Positions 26,190 to 39,939 of a DNA stretch of 64,000 nt are shown in pieces; position 1 is the first letter of the stretch; the number at the start of each line of letters is the position of its first letter. Source of the stretch: Octopus vulgaris. Taxonomy: Eukaryota. The notes under the pieces were generated by a model that saw only the letters and a program-made list of their open reading frames with translations, was not told the DNA's origin and ran no database searches. The position numbers and the translations under genes are program-made. The DNA lies in NCBI GenBank assembly GCA_951406725.2, contig OX597816.1, positions 21,638,001 to 21,702,000 of the forward strand, written 5' to 3'.

Positions 26190-26677
26190 CCCTTTTAATC
26201 TTTTACTTGTTTCAGTCATTTGACTGCGGCCATGCTGGAGCACCGCCTTTAGTCTAGCAAATCGACATGGACTTATTCTTTGTAAATTTAGTACTTATTC
26301 TATCAATCTCTTTTACCGAACTGCTAAGTTACGGGGACGTAAATATACCAGCGTCAGTTGTCAAGCGATGTTGGGGGGACAAACACACACACATACATAC
26401 ATATACATATATACGACGGGCTTCTTTCAGTTTCTGTCTGCCATCTTGGGAGACAAACACAGACACAAACACACACACACACACACACACATATACATGC
26501 ATATACATATATACGACGGGCTTTTTTCAGTTTCCGTCTACCAAATCCACTCACAAGGCTTTGGTCGGCCCGAGGCTCTAGTAGAAGACACTGGCCCAAA
26601 GTGCCACGTAGTGGGAGTGAACCCTGAACCATGTGGTAGGTAAGCAAGCTACTTACCACTCAGCCACTCCTGCGCCT
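26190..26677 (-). mobile_element. SINE family A with an internal duplication of the microsatellite block
   Basis: GACAAACAC..ATACGACGGGCTT.TTTCAGTTTC occurs twice (about 26378 and 26452). Confidence 0.85.
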
Positions 26678-27284
26678 CCAGTGAAGGAGTTCTTCACCTC
26701 GAAGGATAGGAACTAGTATTATCGTGGGATCAGAGAACTGGCAGAAAGGTGGTTTCAGACAGTGCATCACAATGCTTCGAATGCTAGGATGCTTTCGTTG
26801 AAGCTTGACAAATTAAGCAAATAACTTTAACAAATTATTGCAAACCTTTCTACACACCACAATAATTAATTAATTAAATACAATTCTTTGTTACAGTTTA
26901 TATTTACTGCATTACACCTACATTCTTAAGGCCGGTGTGATATCACGAAAACTGTAAAAGATTTTTCCTCATCTATCTCCTAAGACATAGAGTACTTATT
27001 CCGAGGGTAGCAATTCATTGTATTGTGAATGCATTAATATTTCGTTGTATATATGTACCCGGTAACAAATTATAAATCAACTTTTTGAATTTGAAGGATG
27101 AGATCGATACAATGGTATGACTAAAACAAAGTAACTGGAAATGTAATATTAACAAAATTTCAATGATATTCCTTTAAAAGTCAGAAACAATAGAAACTGA
27201 AATTAGCTCTAAAAAATCACTTGTCTTTTTCCTTCTTTCATGATACTATACAATTAATATTACTGCACAGTAATAAAATATATA

Positions 27285-27494
27285 CTCTTTACTTGTATCA
27301 GTTATTTGGCTGTGGCCATGCTAGAGCACCGCTTTTAATCGAACAAATCGACCCTAGGACTTATTCTTTGGAAGCCTAGTACTTATTCTGCCTGCCTCTT
27401 TTGCCGAACTGCTAAGTTACAGGGACGTAAACACACCACCATCGGTTGTCATGCGATATTGGATACACACACACTCAAATATACACACAAACAT

Positions 27495-27565
<71 letters not shown>

Positions 27566-27739
27566 CATATATATACGATGGGCTTCTTTCAGTTTCCGTC
27601 TACCAAATCCACTCACAAGGCTTTGGTCGGCCCGAGGCTATAGTAGAAGACACTTGACCAAGCTGCCACCCAGTGGGGCTGAACCCGGAACTATGTGGTT
27701 AGTAAGCAAGGTACTTACCACACAGCCGCTCCTACGCCT
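27285..27739 (-). mobile_element. SINE family A
   Basis: Reverse complement of the full A structure. Confidence 0.85.
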
Positions 27740-28312
27740 ACGTGTTAATACAATTATTAAGTTTAAGGTATGCGCAAAGTTTTTCCTCTCTGAATCCTTG
27801 GCTTCGGCGACTGCAATGTTCAACTTTTCTCTTGACAACTCGCACCCTGATACATCAATAAGACACTGAGTAGCTTGTTATTCCGAAGTTTCTGCCTCAG
27901 TTGGACAAAGTGACCGCTTCATTGATCCTCCAAATACGTTTGGTTATTTCGCCTTTCAAAACAAAATGTATCAAACGATCAACATTTTTGTCTCCTTTGA
28001 ATTATCTGAGCCGCTTATATCAAAGAAAATACACATGAAATACAGTGAACATACAGTAATGTTTACTTCCACCAGCATTGGTCACAGCATATTTTGATTT
28101 TGATTCAGTCATCTCCATGAATCCTGTAGTTTAATTTTAAGGATAGTAATTCCAAGAACGGCTATGAGTATTTCTTGGGCCAAGTAAACGTCCACGTCCT
28201 ACGTTCGGATGCATTGTAGGAAAGTGTTAATATATTTGGTGTTATTTATCAAGAACCTATCTAAATATTTATAATTTTGTATTCTGATCCCATCACTTAA
28301 CCAATCTCTATA

Positions 28313-28556
28313 CTCTCTCTTTTACTATTTTACTTGTTTCAGTCATTTGACAATAGCCATGCTGGAGCACCGCCTTTAGTCGAGCAAATCGAACCCAGGA
28401 GTTATTTTTCGTAAGCCTAGTACTTATTCTATCGGTCTTATTTGCCGAACCACTGAGTTACGAAGGACATAATCACGCCAGCATCGGTTGTCAAGCGATG
28501 TTGGAGGGGGAGCAAACACAGACACACAAACATATACAATCACACACACACACACA

Positions 28557-28615
<59 letters not shown>

Positions 28616-28895
28616 CAAATTAGAGACAAAACCACTATTATGCAAATCAAACAAAGAAAGACTTAAGCCAATACAAAATAATTTATATAAATTAAAATTT
28701 AACATTTGTGGTTATTCATATGTTAAATTTTAATTTATATAAATTATTTTATGTATTGGCTTAAGTCTTTCTTTGTTTGATTTGCATAATAGTGGTTTTG
28801 TCTCTAATTTGATATAATATAATATTTTACTATAAAATTGGATTCAATCTTAAATCTGATTTTTCCTTGTAAATTTGGATTTATTCCCTAATATT

Positions 28896-28942
<47 letters not shown>

Positions 28943-29058
28943 AGCTTCTTTCAGTTTCCATCTACCAAATCCACTCTCAAGGCTTTGGTCGGACTGAGGC
29001 TATAGTAGAAGACACATGCCCAAGATTCCACGCAGTGGGAATGAACCCGGAATCATGT
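28313..29058 (-). mobile_element. SINE family A split by an insertion in its (TA)n
   Basis: The tail half ends at about 28610 and the head half resumes at about 28940. Confidence 0.85.
28612..28900. mobile_element. Foldback insertion in (TA)n: ~95-bp inverted repeat plus ~85-bp unpaired extension
   Basis: 28612-28705 pairs with 28720-28815 with only a 2-nt indel. Confidence 0.8.
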
Positions 29059-29245
29059 GGTTTAGTAAGCAAGCTACTGAATAAAATGAAAATGAAAATA
29101 TACAATAATTTGCGATGTTTACCTAAAAGGAAAACTATGATTGTTATTACATGCGACTAGCGCATTCTAGCTCTTAGTTGTCGCAATGTAGGGGTTTCTA
29201 ACACCCTAATCTTATACATATATATACGTATACATATAAACATAC

Positions 29246-29560
29246 TTATTTCCTTATTGGCTTTAGGGGGCTAAATATAGAGGCGACAAACAAGAACAGT
29301 CAAAGGGATTAAGTCGATCACATCGAGCGCAGTGCGTAACTGGTACTTAATTTATCGACTCAGAAAGGATGAAAGGCAAAGTCGACCTCGGCGGAATTTG
29401 AACTCAGAGCATAACTGCAGATGAAATACCTATTTTTTACTACCCACAAGGGGCTAAACACAGATGGATTAAGTCGATTATATCGACCCCAGTGCGTAAC
29501 TGGTCCTTAATTTATCGACACCGAAAGGATGAAAGGCAAAGTCGACATAAGCGGATTCTG
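29246..29560 (-). mobile_element. SINE family B dimer
   Basis: Two B bodies joined by the same tail-1/GGTATTTC junction at about 29430. Confidence 0.8.
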
Positions 29561-29573
29561 AGGTAAGTAGCTA

Positions 29574-29960
29574 GGCGCAGGAGTGGCTGTGTGGTAAGTA
29601 ACTTGCTTACTAACCACATGGTTCCGGGTTAATTCTCACAGCATGGCACCTTCGGGCCGACCAAACCTTGTGAGTGGATATGGTAGACGGAAATTGAAAG
29701 ATACCGTCGCACATATATATGTATAGATATATATCTGTGTGTGTATGTTTGTGTGTCTGTGTTTGTCCCCACACCATCGCTTGACAACCGATGTTGGTGT
29801 GTTCACCTCCCCGTAACTTAGCGGTTAGGCAAAAGAGATCGATAGAATAAGTACTAGGTTTACAAATAATAAGTCCTAGGGTCGATTTGTTCGACTAAAG
29901 GCGATGCTCCAGCTTAGCCGCAGTCAAATGGCTGAAACAAATAAAAGAATAATAAAATAA
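29574..29960 (+). mobile_element. SINE family A
   Basis: Runs from the GGCGCAGGAGTGGCTGTGTGGTAAG head to the tail. Confidence 0.85.
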
Positions 29961-30749
29961 TAAAATGCATATAGGACATTAAGGACACCAATTTAACTTT
30001 CAAGCTGGAATGGTCCATATTGTCTGTATCCTTTCCGTTTGATAAGGGCAGAAAATTTTGCGTCGTCTGTAATTCCGAACTTTTCCATATATTGTTCACC
30101 AAATTCCCTTTAGTAAATACAATGGTTGAAAAATCCTATAGGTGCATGCACTGGCAGAAACATACCTTTCACTCATATGAATGATGATTAATATAGATAA
30201 CCTCCTTGAATTTTAATAATTTTGTTCCATTTATACATCACCCCCATAGACAAATTTTTATACTCATAAAGGACTACTACCGAATTCGTTGAGGTATGTT
30301 TTACCTTTGTCTCTCTACCTCGCCCTCCTCTCTCTCCCTCTCCCTCTCTCTATCGTAAGCACAATCAAACACACAGACACAAACCTGTGACTTCACCACT
30401 GTTTGTTTTCGGCATCTACCCAACCACACACACAATCACGCACACACATACACACACATAGACACGAATGCAGTTATATACATACACACACATAGGCACT
30501 AAATCACAAAAGCAAACAACACATCACCATTCATATGACTTGCACCCTATCACCTTCCTATTCTTTAGATCTCTCCCCTCCAATCTTGTTTGAACCCTTG
30601 AACTTTCGAGAATCTTCTACATTCAACCATTTTGACGTCACTGCTTATAACAGAATATTTTAGAGAAACACGCATTATCGCTATGGACTCCATGTGGGCA
30701 GTCATCTAAGAATTTTTGTTCATCTTGATGCTGACATAAGTTCCTTGTT

Positions 30750-30835
30750 TTTCCTGATGAGAAGGCGGCATAATGCACCCCTTATTCCTTCGAAATTAGG
30801 AATATGCAGCCTTCGAAACAGATGTCAAGAATAAA
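30750..30835 (+). ncRNA. Hammerhead-like motif with a long stem II, followed by AATAAA
   Basis: CTGATGA (30754-30760), GAAGGCGGCATA/TATGCAGCCTTC (11 of 12 pairs), GAAA, CAGATGTC. Stem I is poor. Confidence 0.55.
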
Positions 30836-31026
30836 GAAATTTTGTTAAATCGTCGTTCAACTCCATTCTTTCATTTATTTGTATTAAAAAAAACACACAA
30901 ATTTCCACACGAAAGCACGTGATCTCTGCCCCTGGCATGTAGCTTCAACCGTGTTTTTCTGACATGAATTTGCTACCCAGGTATCGGTTAACCGAATTAT
31001 CCATACTAAGATCATTCATTCAACTA

Positions 31027-31086
<60 letters not shown>

Positions 31087-31104
31087 GTATTAGTTTAAGG
31101 ATTT

Positions 31105-31405
31105 TAATCGAACAGATCGACCCCAAAACTTATTTTTGAAGCCTAGCACTTATTCTGTCGGTTTCTTTTGCCGATCCGCTAGCTTACGGGATCGTAAACA
31201 CACTAACACCGGTTGTCAAGCGGTGATAGATGAACAATTGCAGACACATAGACACACATGCAAAAATATATGCACACATATAAAAATCCACTCGCAAAAC
31301 TTTGGTCGGCCTGAGGCTATAATAGAAGACACTTGCCCAGGGTGCCATGCAGTGGAACTGAACCTGAAACCATGTGGTCAGGAAGCAAGCTTCTTACCAC
31401 ACAAC
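31105..31405 (-). mobile_element. SINE family A, partial
   Basis: Reverse complement of the A body with deletions. Confidence 0.75.
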
Positions 31406-31719
31406 CCCCCCACACACACATAGATATGTATGCATGCCGAGATGCGCACACTCACAATGGTATATTATACCTTGGTTACTGCGTAGACTGAAGTCGCCCT
31501 TAACTCATCACTTGTATGTTATCGTAGTTATTTAATCAAAGTCTGCTAATCTTGGCGGTCAAAGATATTAAATCGCCTAAGGCTAAATGTTATCGCAGTT
31601 ATACGGTTTACAACAGAAGCAGACACAATTGTTTCTGACTTCAGCTTTGTTAGATACATATGTATAAATACGTCTGTTATTTAGACACGCGCATTAGAAT
31701 CTACTTGTATTTATCTCAA

Positions 31720-32103
31720 GGAGGTGCAATGGCCCAGTGGTTAGGGCAGCGGACTCGCGGTCGTAGGATCGCGATTTCGATTCCCAGACCGGGCGTTGTG
31801 AGTGTTTATTGAGCGAAAACACCTAAAGCTCCACGAGGCTCCGCAGGGGGTGGTGGTGATCCCTGCTGTACTCTTTCACCACAACTTTCTCTCACTCTTA
31901 CTTTCTGTTTCTGTTGTACCTGTATTTCAAAGGGCCGGCCATGTCACACTCTGTGTCACGCTGAATATCCCCGAGAACTATGTTAAGGGTACACGTGTCT
32001 GTGGAGTGCTCAGCCACTTACACGTTAGTTTCACGAGCAGGCTGTTCCGTTGATCGGATCAACCGGAACCCTCATCGTCGTAACCGACGGAGTGCTTCCA
32101 TCC
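31720..32103 (+). mobile_element. SINE with head C and tail X, full length, 11-bp TSD
   Basis: A and B boxes present. TSD ATTTATCTCAA at 31709-31719 and 32104-32114. Confidence 0.92.
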
Positions 32104-32725
32104 ATTTATCTCAAATCGTAGCAACAACACAATATCATAATCCTTCTCTTCACACTTTTTTTTAAACAATCGTCTCCACACCTTCTTCATCATCGTGATT
32201 GCCATGATCGTAATCATTGTTATCAGCTTTCCATCCTCGTCAGCATATCGATGACATCAAAATCATGAACATCTTCATAAGCATACACATTATCGTCACC
32301 TGGATATGATTTACCATATCATCATTAAATTAGCAACATCCTCTCCATCCTTCTCATAGACATCATTTACATACCTTCATCTCCTCAATATTTCTTCATC
32401 ATCATAGTGCAGTCATCGTACCCAGAATCATCACCATCATCATCATACACATCATCATCATCGTCGTCGTCGTCGTCGTCGTCGTCAGTACAGTGTTATC
32501 CAGACTTCCTTCGAAACCTAATTATATTGAAATTAATTTAAACTCACCTTATTTGATAAAATTCAAGTCAGATGAAATGTGATTATTAACTTCAGTTCTA
32601 GTAGATGGTACGTTTGGTTATATGATTAGTCACTTAGTTAGCTGGTTACTTAATTAGTTTCATTCTATTTTATTATTTCTGTTTTCTTCTCTCTCATTCT
32701 CTCTCTTCCTTTCTCACTCTCCTTT

Positions 32726-33246
<521 letters not shown>

Positions 33247-33912
33247 TCCACTCGTCTATCACTCTTTGAAATAGCTGCAGACTTTGGTTCTAAAGAAACG
33301 CTACCATGAGTAAAGATAAACTTTTAAAATATATTTTTAAAATAATTCCTTTGTGACTGCACTTATTCGGTAAGTGCAAGTCGATTCGCAGGAAATTGCG
33401 TCATCGTATGTCGTATGAGCAACTATAACCACACACACATAATGTCAAACAATATTTATTTACTGTTAGATTTTCAAAATGGATTCTTTATTTTTTATTA
33501 TTTTTCATTTATTTATTTTAGTTTTACACTGAAACGCTGTATCATCGAAAACATTTTGTTATATATATTACCAGACAAGCTCACAAAAACATTACGGATA
33601 TAAATGTATGTGAATATGTATATCTTGAAATGTTTATACGTTTTACAACAGATCTTGTTCATGAATCCCACAGGTGGTATTATAGTATTTATTATCTTTT
33701 CCTTATATATATATGTATGTGTGTGTGTGTGTGTGTGCGTGTGTGTGTGTATGTATGTATGTATGTATATATATGTATGTATGTACATATATAGATAGTT
33801 ATGTGTGTGCACGTATCAGAGTGTTTGTATTAATGTATGTATGTATGTATGTATGTTTGTATGTATGTATGTATGTATATATGTATGTATGAATTAACGC
33901 ACTCCTTGAAGC

Positions 33913-33943
<31 letters not shown>

Positions 33944-34573
33944 GTCGACCGATAAAGATATTAAATTCATTCGTCATCTATATAAAGAAAAGAACAACAC
34001 TGTACATTTCACAATATTATTCCGAACATCAATTTTAGGATACCATATAAACGCAAATTGTTTGATTTTTAAAGAAAGCTTGTGAATCAAGCAACCAAAA
34101 GTAGTTTGTTTCAATAAAAGGCTGTAAAGTAATGATAATTTCAATACATTTTCCTTGTTCGGTATTTTTGTTTTAAGTTCAACTTAAAAAGAAAATGCTA
34201 GTCCTGTCTACCAAGGGTGAAATTTACTGAATATGACTTGTATTTCATTTAAAATATATCTTGGTTTTAGTTCGTTTAAAACCGACCCTAATTTGTATTC
34301 GAGGAAGCTCTTGGGGTTACGTCTACTAGGTTGAAATGCAGCATAGATTCGTCCTCTGATTTAAAAAATTAAGAAATTGTTAAGCATTATGTCCATTCTG
34401 ACTTCTGTAATCTGCAATGAAAAGCATGACGTCTGGTGTACGAAGATCTAGTAACGTTTTTAATCAAGAATGGATGAGGCAAGAAAATTGTGTTAGGGCA
34501 GTCATAAGAGCATTGATTAGAATGTCTCATGCTGTTTTTTCCGGCATTCTGCGATCAAATAACACAGGGGTCA

Positions 34574-35123
34574 ATTTGGTCTTTTACCATTTCGATACCG
34601 AGAAATAAAATACCAGTCAAATATTAGATCTAAATAATTTTATTTTTACTATTTTCACTCTCACGCACTCAAAACTGTCCGTACTTCTTAAGTTTGAGTT
34701 TTCTAAAAGAAACAGAATAAAACTATTTCAAGGAAGGCAAATTGAAACTACTTCTATTTGGCCTTTTACCATTTCGATACCGAGAAATAAAATACCAGTC
34801 AAATATTAGATCTAAATAATTTTATTTTTACAATTTTCACTCTCACGCACTCAAAACTGTCTGTACTTCATAAGTTTGAGTTTTCTAAAAGAAACAGAAT
34901 AAAACTATTTCAAGGAAGGCAAATTGAAACTACTTCTATTTGGCCTTTTACCATTTCGATACCGAAAAATAAAATACCAGTCAAATATTAGATCTAAATA
35001 ATTTTATTTTTACTATTTTCACCCTCACGCACTCAGAACTGTCTGTACTTCATAAGTCTGAGCTTTCTAAAAGAAACAGAATAAAACTACTTCAAGGAAG
35101 GCAAATTGAAACTACTTCTATTT
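34574..35123. repeat. Tandem repeat, 3 x 182 bp
   Basis: CTTTTACCATTTCGATACC begins at 34581, 34763 and 34945. Confidence 0.95.
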
Positions 35124-35319
35124 TCTACAACAGAAATTCTGACAAATATATAGTAACTGTTAAGAAAGTCATCATAATATTTTGTAATTGTCAAGAAAGT
35201 CACCATAACTGTGCAAAAAATATTTTAAAAAGTGAAGTGAGACTTCAGATCTAATGTGTATATGACGGACATATAACTGATTCAGACATAGGCGGATTGG
35301 GTACGCAACTAGTTCAGAA

Positions 35320-35733
35320 AGGAGTGGCTGTGTGGTAAGTAGCTTGCTAACCAACCACATGGTTTCGGGTTCCGTCCCACTGCGTGGCATCTTGGGCAAG
35401 TGTCTTCTGCTATAGCCCCGGGCCGACCAATGCCTTGTGAGTGGATTTGGTAGACGGAAACTGAAAGAAGCCCGTAATCTATATGTATATATATATATGT
35501 GTGTGTGTATGTATGTGTTGTGTGTCTGTGTTTGTCCCCCTGTTGTGTGTCTGTGTTTGTCCCCCGATGCTGGTGTGTTTACGTCCCCGTCATTTAGCGG
35601 TTTGGCAAAAGAGACCGATAGAATAAGTACTGGGCTTACAAAGAATAAGTCCCGGGGTCGATTTGCTCGACTAAAGGCGGTGCTCCAGCATGGCCGCAGT
35701 CAAATGACTGAAACAAGTAAAAGAGTAAAAGAG
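35320..35733 (+). mobile_element. SINE family A, young subfamily
   Basis: Full structure with the diagnostic substitutions shared with the copies at 48694 and 62435. Confidence 0.92.
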
Positions 35734-36443
35734 TATAGTTATTGTAAAATAGACATACAGAAGAGAGAGTGTAACTATGGTTTTAGCCAATTTAGCAATC
35801 TGGTCATTTTGTCATGGGACGTTTCATAAAATGTCTGCGTATGTATAATAGAATCATGCTAGATATGTGAGTAACATTCTTCTGCAATTCTTAGTCGAGG
35901 TTTGCCAGGGTCAATAATTGATTAATGGTTGAAATATTTTATCATCCTCATTAAGCTGCTTAAGACTTTGGAAAGCAGTTTTCGTAATGTTGTTTGTAAT
36001 TGCCTGTAAACATTAATTAGTTCATTTAAAAAGCAAGCAATTATTTTGTTTGTTTGTTTGTTTGTTTTTTTTCTTCTGGTGTTTAACCCCCAAGAACCCA
36101 GACCGAGCAGAGAATGATAAAAAATATTCTAAATGTGACCATAACGTATTTTATTTCCAAACATAAAGTATTGAGGAAAACATTATCTAATTAAGCATCT
36201 TAATATTTGAGTTCATTTGTTAATAATACACGTTTTCAGGCTATTAACCTCGTCTAATTTCATTCGTATCCGGTGCGATAATACGTATATATCCTAGTGA
36301 AGGCAGCAGATGAAACGGATTGAAACGCGGCGTAGGTGTAAATAGTAAAAAAAAAAGTCCATCACAAAAGAATGGGTTAATAGCATAAGAAATCATAACC
36401 GTACATTATCCAAAGAATTGATCATTTCTTTCTAAAGCTATTA

Positions 36444-36499
<56 letters not shown>

Positions 36500-37093
36500 G
36501 CACACAAGCGAACACATTCATTCATCACATGGTGATTAAATAACAAAAAGCAAATATACATACAGGCAAAAACGTTTGGGGTATAAATAGTTATGCAAGG
36601 TAATTTTCTAGAATAACAGAAGAGTGAGGTGAACTATGAGAGCGCAAAACGCACGGTTTGACCAGTTTATATACGTGTGTTTGCTGTTAAATTTGTGGAA
36701 GAGATAGGGCAATTTTGCTTCTGCTCTGAACTCGCAAACTCGCTGCTATGCCAATGAGACTACATATACACATGGGGGAAACTCAATTACAGTAGTCAAT
36801 AATGCATTATGTAAGTCGTTTTGCTTCTAACAAGACTGTTTGAAGGTGTCAAGGGAAAATTAAATCCACAGTCAAGACACTGTGTATATATGTATACGTG
36901 CTTACAAGGAAAAATGGCTCCAGATTCAGTGCCACACATCCGGCAAGTGTCTTCAACTATAGCCTCGGCCGAATGAAGTCTTATAAGAGATGTGGTAGGC
37001 GGAAACTCAAATAAGCCCATCCTATACATACATACATACATACATACATACATACATACATACATACATACATACATGCATGCATGCATGCAT

Positions 37094-37130
<37 letters not shown>

Positions 37131-37145
37131 GCGGTTGTCAAACTG

Positions 37146-37265
37146 TGGAGGCCCAGTGGTTAAGATCGTAAGATCGCGGTTTCGATTCCCAGGGCGGGTG
37201 TAGTGAGAGTTTATTGAACGAAAACACCTAAAGCTCCACGAGGCTCCGGCAGGGATCGTTGGTGA
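37146..37265 (+). mobile_element. SINE head C fragment
   Basis: GGAGGCCCAGTGGTTAAG..GTTTCGATTCCCAG..AAAGCTCCACGAGGCTCCGGCAGGG. Confidence 0.8.
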
Positions 37266-37269
37266 AATC

Positions 37270-37590
<321 letters not shown>

Positions 37591-39452
37591 GGTGGCACAA
37601 GACGTCACGGAACGTAAACAAGATAAAATACGAAAACATGAACGAAATACGAATACATGGAATATTAACCTTTCTTGCGAACAACGAAAGAAACAAATGG
37701 AAAACAAGACAAGCAACACAAAGAACGACTCTTCATCAGTTGTCGGCTGGTTTTCTAATCCGTATTTTGAGCCATTGAAGACAAGATACGCCTTGGATAA
37801 AACAGTTGCTTCCGCAAAGCAAATTAGATAACATTTGGGTTTTTGCGGAGTGTCAAAACTGGTAACAAAAACAGGATAGTGAAAACAAACAGGAGGGGGT
37901 GCTAAGCCTAAAGGAGGTCGTGGTGGCGAACGCGTAAGTGTAAGCTTGGACAGGAGACAGACAAAAATGCGTCTGATCCCCCCAGCTGAATCAGAAAGAA
38001 AGAAAGTTAGGAAAAGAAAGATAGACGACCGATGGTCAAGTGGAAGCATCGAGAAACCAAAGGAAGAAGTGTGACTGAGAGAGAGTGACAGTCAGATAAC
38101 GGCAAAGGGGAGAGGAAAAGATTGAGAGACAGGATAAAAGAGAAAAATCGAGAGGGGTAGAAATGGAGACAAATGTATTAGAGAAAGGAAAGGAGTAAAC
38201 GAAAGTGTAATAGAATAGAATAAAATTATCGCATCAGAATTACTAAGATAAAACTTACTTGGAAATGGGTGCATGACGTTTAATCATATAATATAAATAA
38301 TATATATATATCTATATATACATACCTATATGTAAAAACTGACATATATACACATATACATATGCAGATATATACATACATACATACATATATACGTATA
38401 TATATATATATGTGTGTGTGTGTGTATGTATATATATATATATATATAAGTGCGTACGTATGTATGTATGCATGTATGTATGTTTGTGTGTGAGTGTATG
38501 TACCTATCTGCTTGATTTGTTTTTTGGGGGGCATTTAGATGTACGTCGTAAATTCCTTGTATTTATTTCGTTAGTGGATGCAACTCGCTCAAAAGAGTCG
38601 TAATTGAAAGTATGCTCAGCTCTTCAAAAGAATTGGTAACGCTCTATGCACTAGTTAAGATATAATTGACAAAATACACAGAATGGAATCCAGCAAAAAG
38701 AAACCAATCAAAGAACTAAAAGACATAAGAATACTTGATCCACAGTTTTATCTTTGGATAAGGTATTTGCGCACATGAATTACTGACTTAACAAGTAATT
38801 TATCATCATCAATTCTATCGCCATTATCATCACGTTCATAACGTTTGTCATTAGCTCGTCATCATCGTCACTACCCTCACCACGACAACCGTCTTCGCCT
38901 TCGTTATCATCGACATTGTTGTCATCAACGTGATCACTGTTAACATCATCGTATATTGATTATGATTTAAGTTCTCTTTTGTTATGTACAGAATTATATT
39001 ATGTGTCTCTGTTCAGTGTTATGTGTAATAAATCAAAGGTCCAGAGTATTAGTCATCATTTATTTTAATACAATCGTGTAACTGTTTCTTATGAAGCATG
39101 TAATTACAAGAGGACAGCTGTTCTGAATATCAAACTGTATTTATGTGTGTTAGTGTACCTCCTGTGTATGTGGTATTTCATACAATCAAGCATATATTCT
39201 CTCTACATATACATGTACTTTTGTAAGCATGGAGTGTGTATGCGTATATGGAGTGTGTATGTGTACATGGAGTGTGTATGTGTATTTGAATGTCTGTGTT
39301 TGTGAATATGAGTGTTGAGTGAGAGTGATAGATGTTAACACAGCGATTCTAAAACGTTTTCACACCACTGTCATTCTGTCCGTGCACCCTGTGCCGCATT
39401 TTCTTTAATATCATCTAAGCGTTCTCTAGCGTATATAATAATTGCTCAGAAG

Positions 39453-39681
39453 GGCGGCGAGCTGGCAGAAACGTTAGCACGCCGGGCGAAATGCTTAGTG
39501 GTATTTCGTCTGCCGCTACGTTCTGAGTTCAAATTCCGCCGAGGTCGACTTTGCCTTTCATCCTTTCGGGGTCGATAAATAAAGTACCAGTTTCGCACTG
39601 GGGTCGATGTAATCGACTTAATCCCTTTGTCTGTCCTTGTTTGTCCCCTCTATGTTTAGCCCCTTGTGGGTAGCAAAGAAA
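39453..39681 (+). mobile_element. SINE family B (tail-1), full length, 18-bp TSD
   Basis: TATATAATAATTGC(T/C)CAG at 39432-39449 and 39682-39699. Confidence 0.92.
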
Positions 39682-39939
39682 TATATAATAATTGCCCAGG
39701 CCAATGGGTTGCAAATCGCAATAGAATATAACAAAACTTGACGTCATTACCATATCGGAAAAGACCCTTTCAACTGTACTTCACAGGGCATAATCTTAAT
39801 ATTCTAAAATCATGTTAACATTCGAAAACCAAATTAAAACTAACTCAAACAAGTATAATTCTACACGGAAGTCAAAGCTCGCAGAAATGGAGCAGAGAAA
39901 ACTGAAACATGCTGTATCAAAAAACAAAAAACTTACCGA

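Larger units (their letters stand above)
25485..26850. mobile_element. Old element with long inverted repeats, interrupted by SINE C and SINE A
   Basis: About 25485-25662 is the imperfect reverse complement of about 26679-26850. Confidence 0.6.

Noticed and set aside
31720-31795. tRNA genes at SINE heads
   Set aside because: A and B boxes are present, but the heads run into SINE bodies with TSDs and lack a proper acceptor stem.
32542-32600. Strong minus-strand donor AG|GTGAGT
   Set aside because: All three upstream frames contain stops. It could be non-coding or terminal, but cannot be supported.
34574-35123. CRISPR-like array
   Set aside because: Whole units repeat with no unique spacers, the context is eukaryotic, and there are no cas genes.
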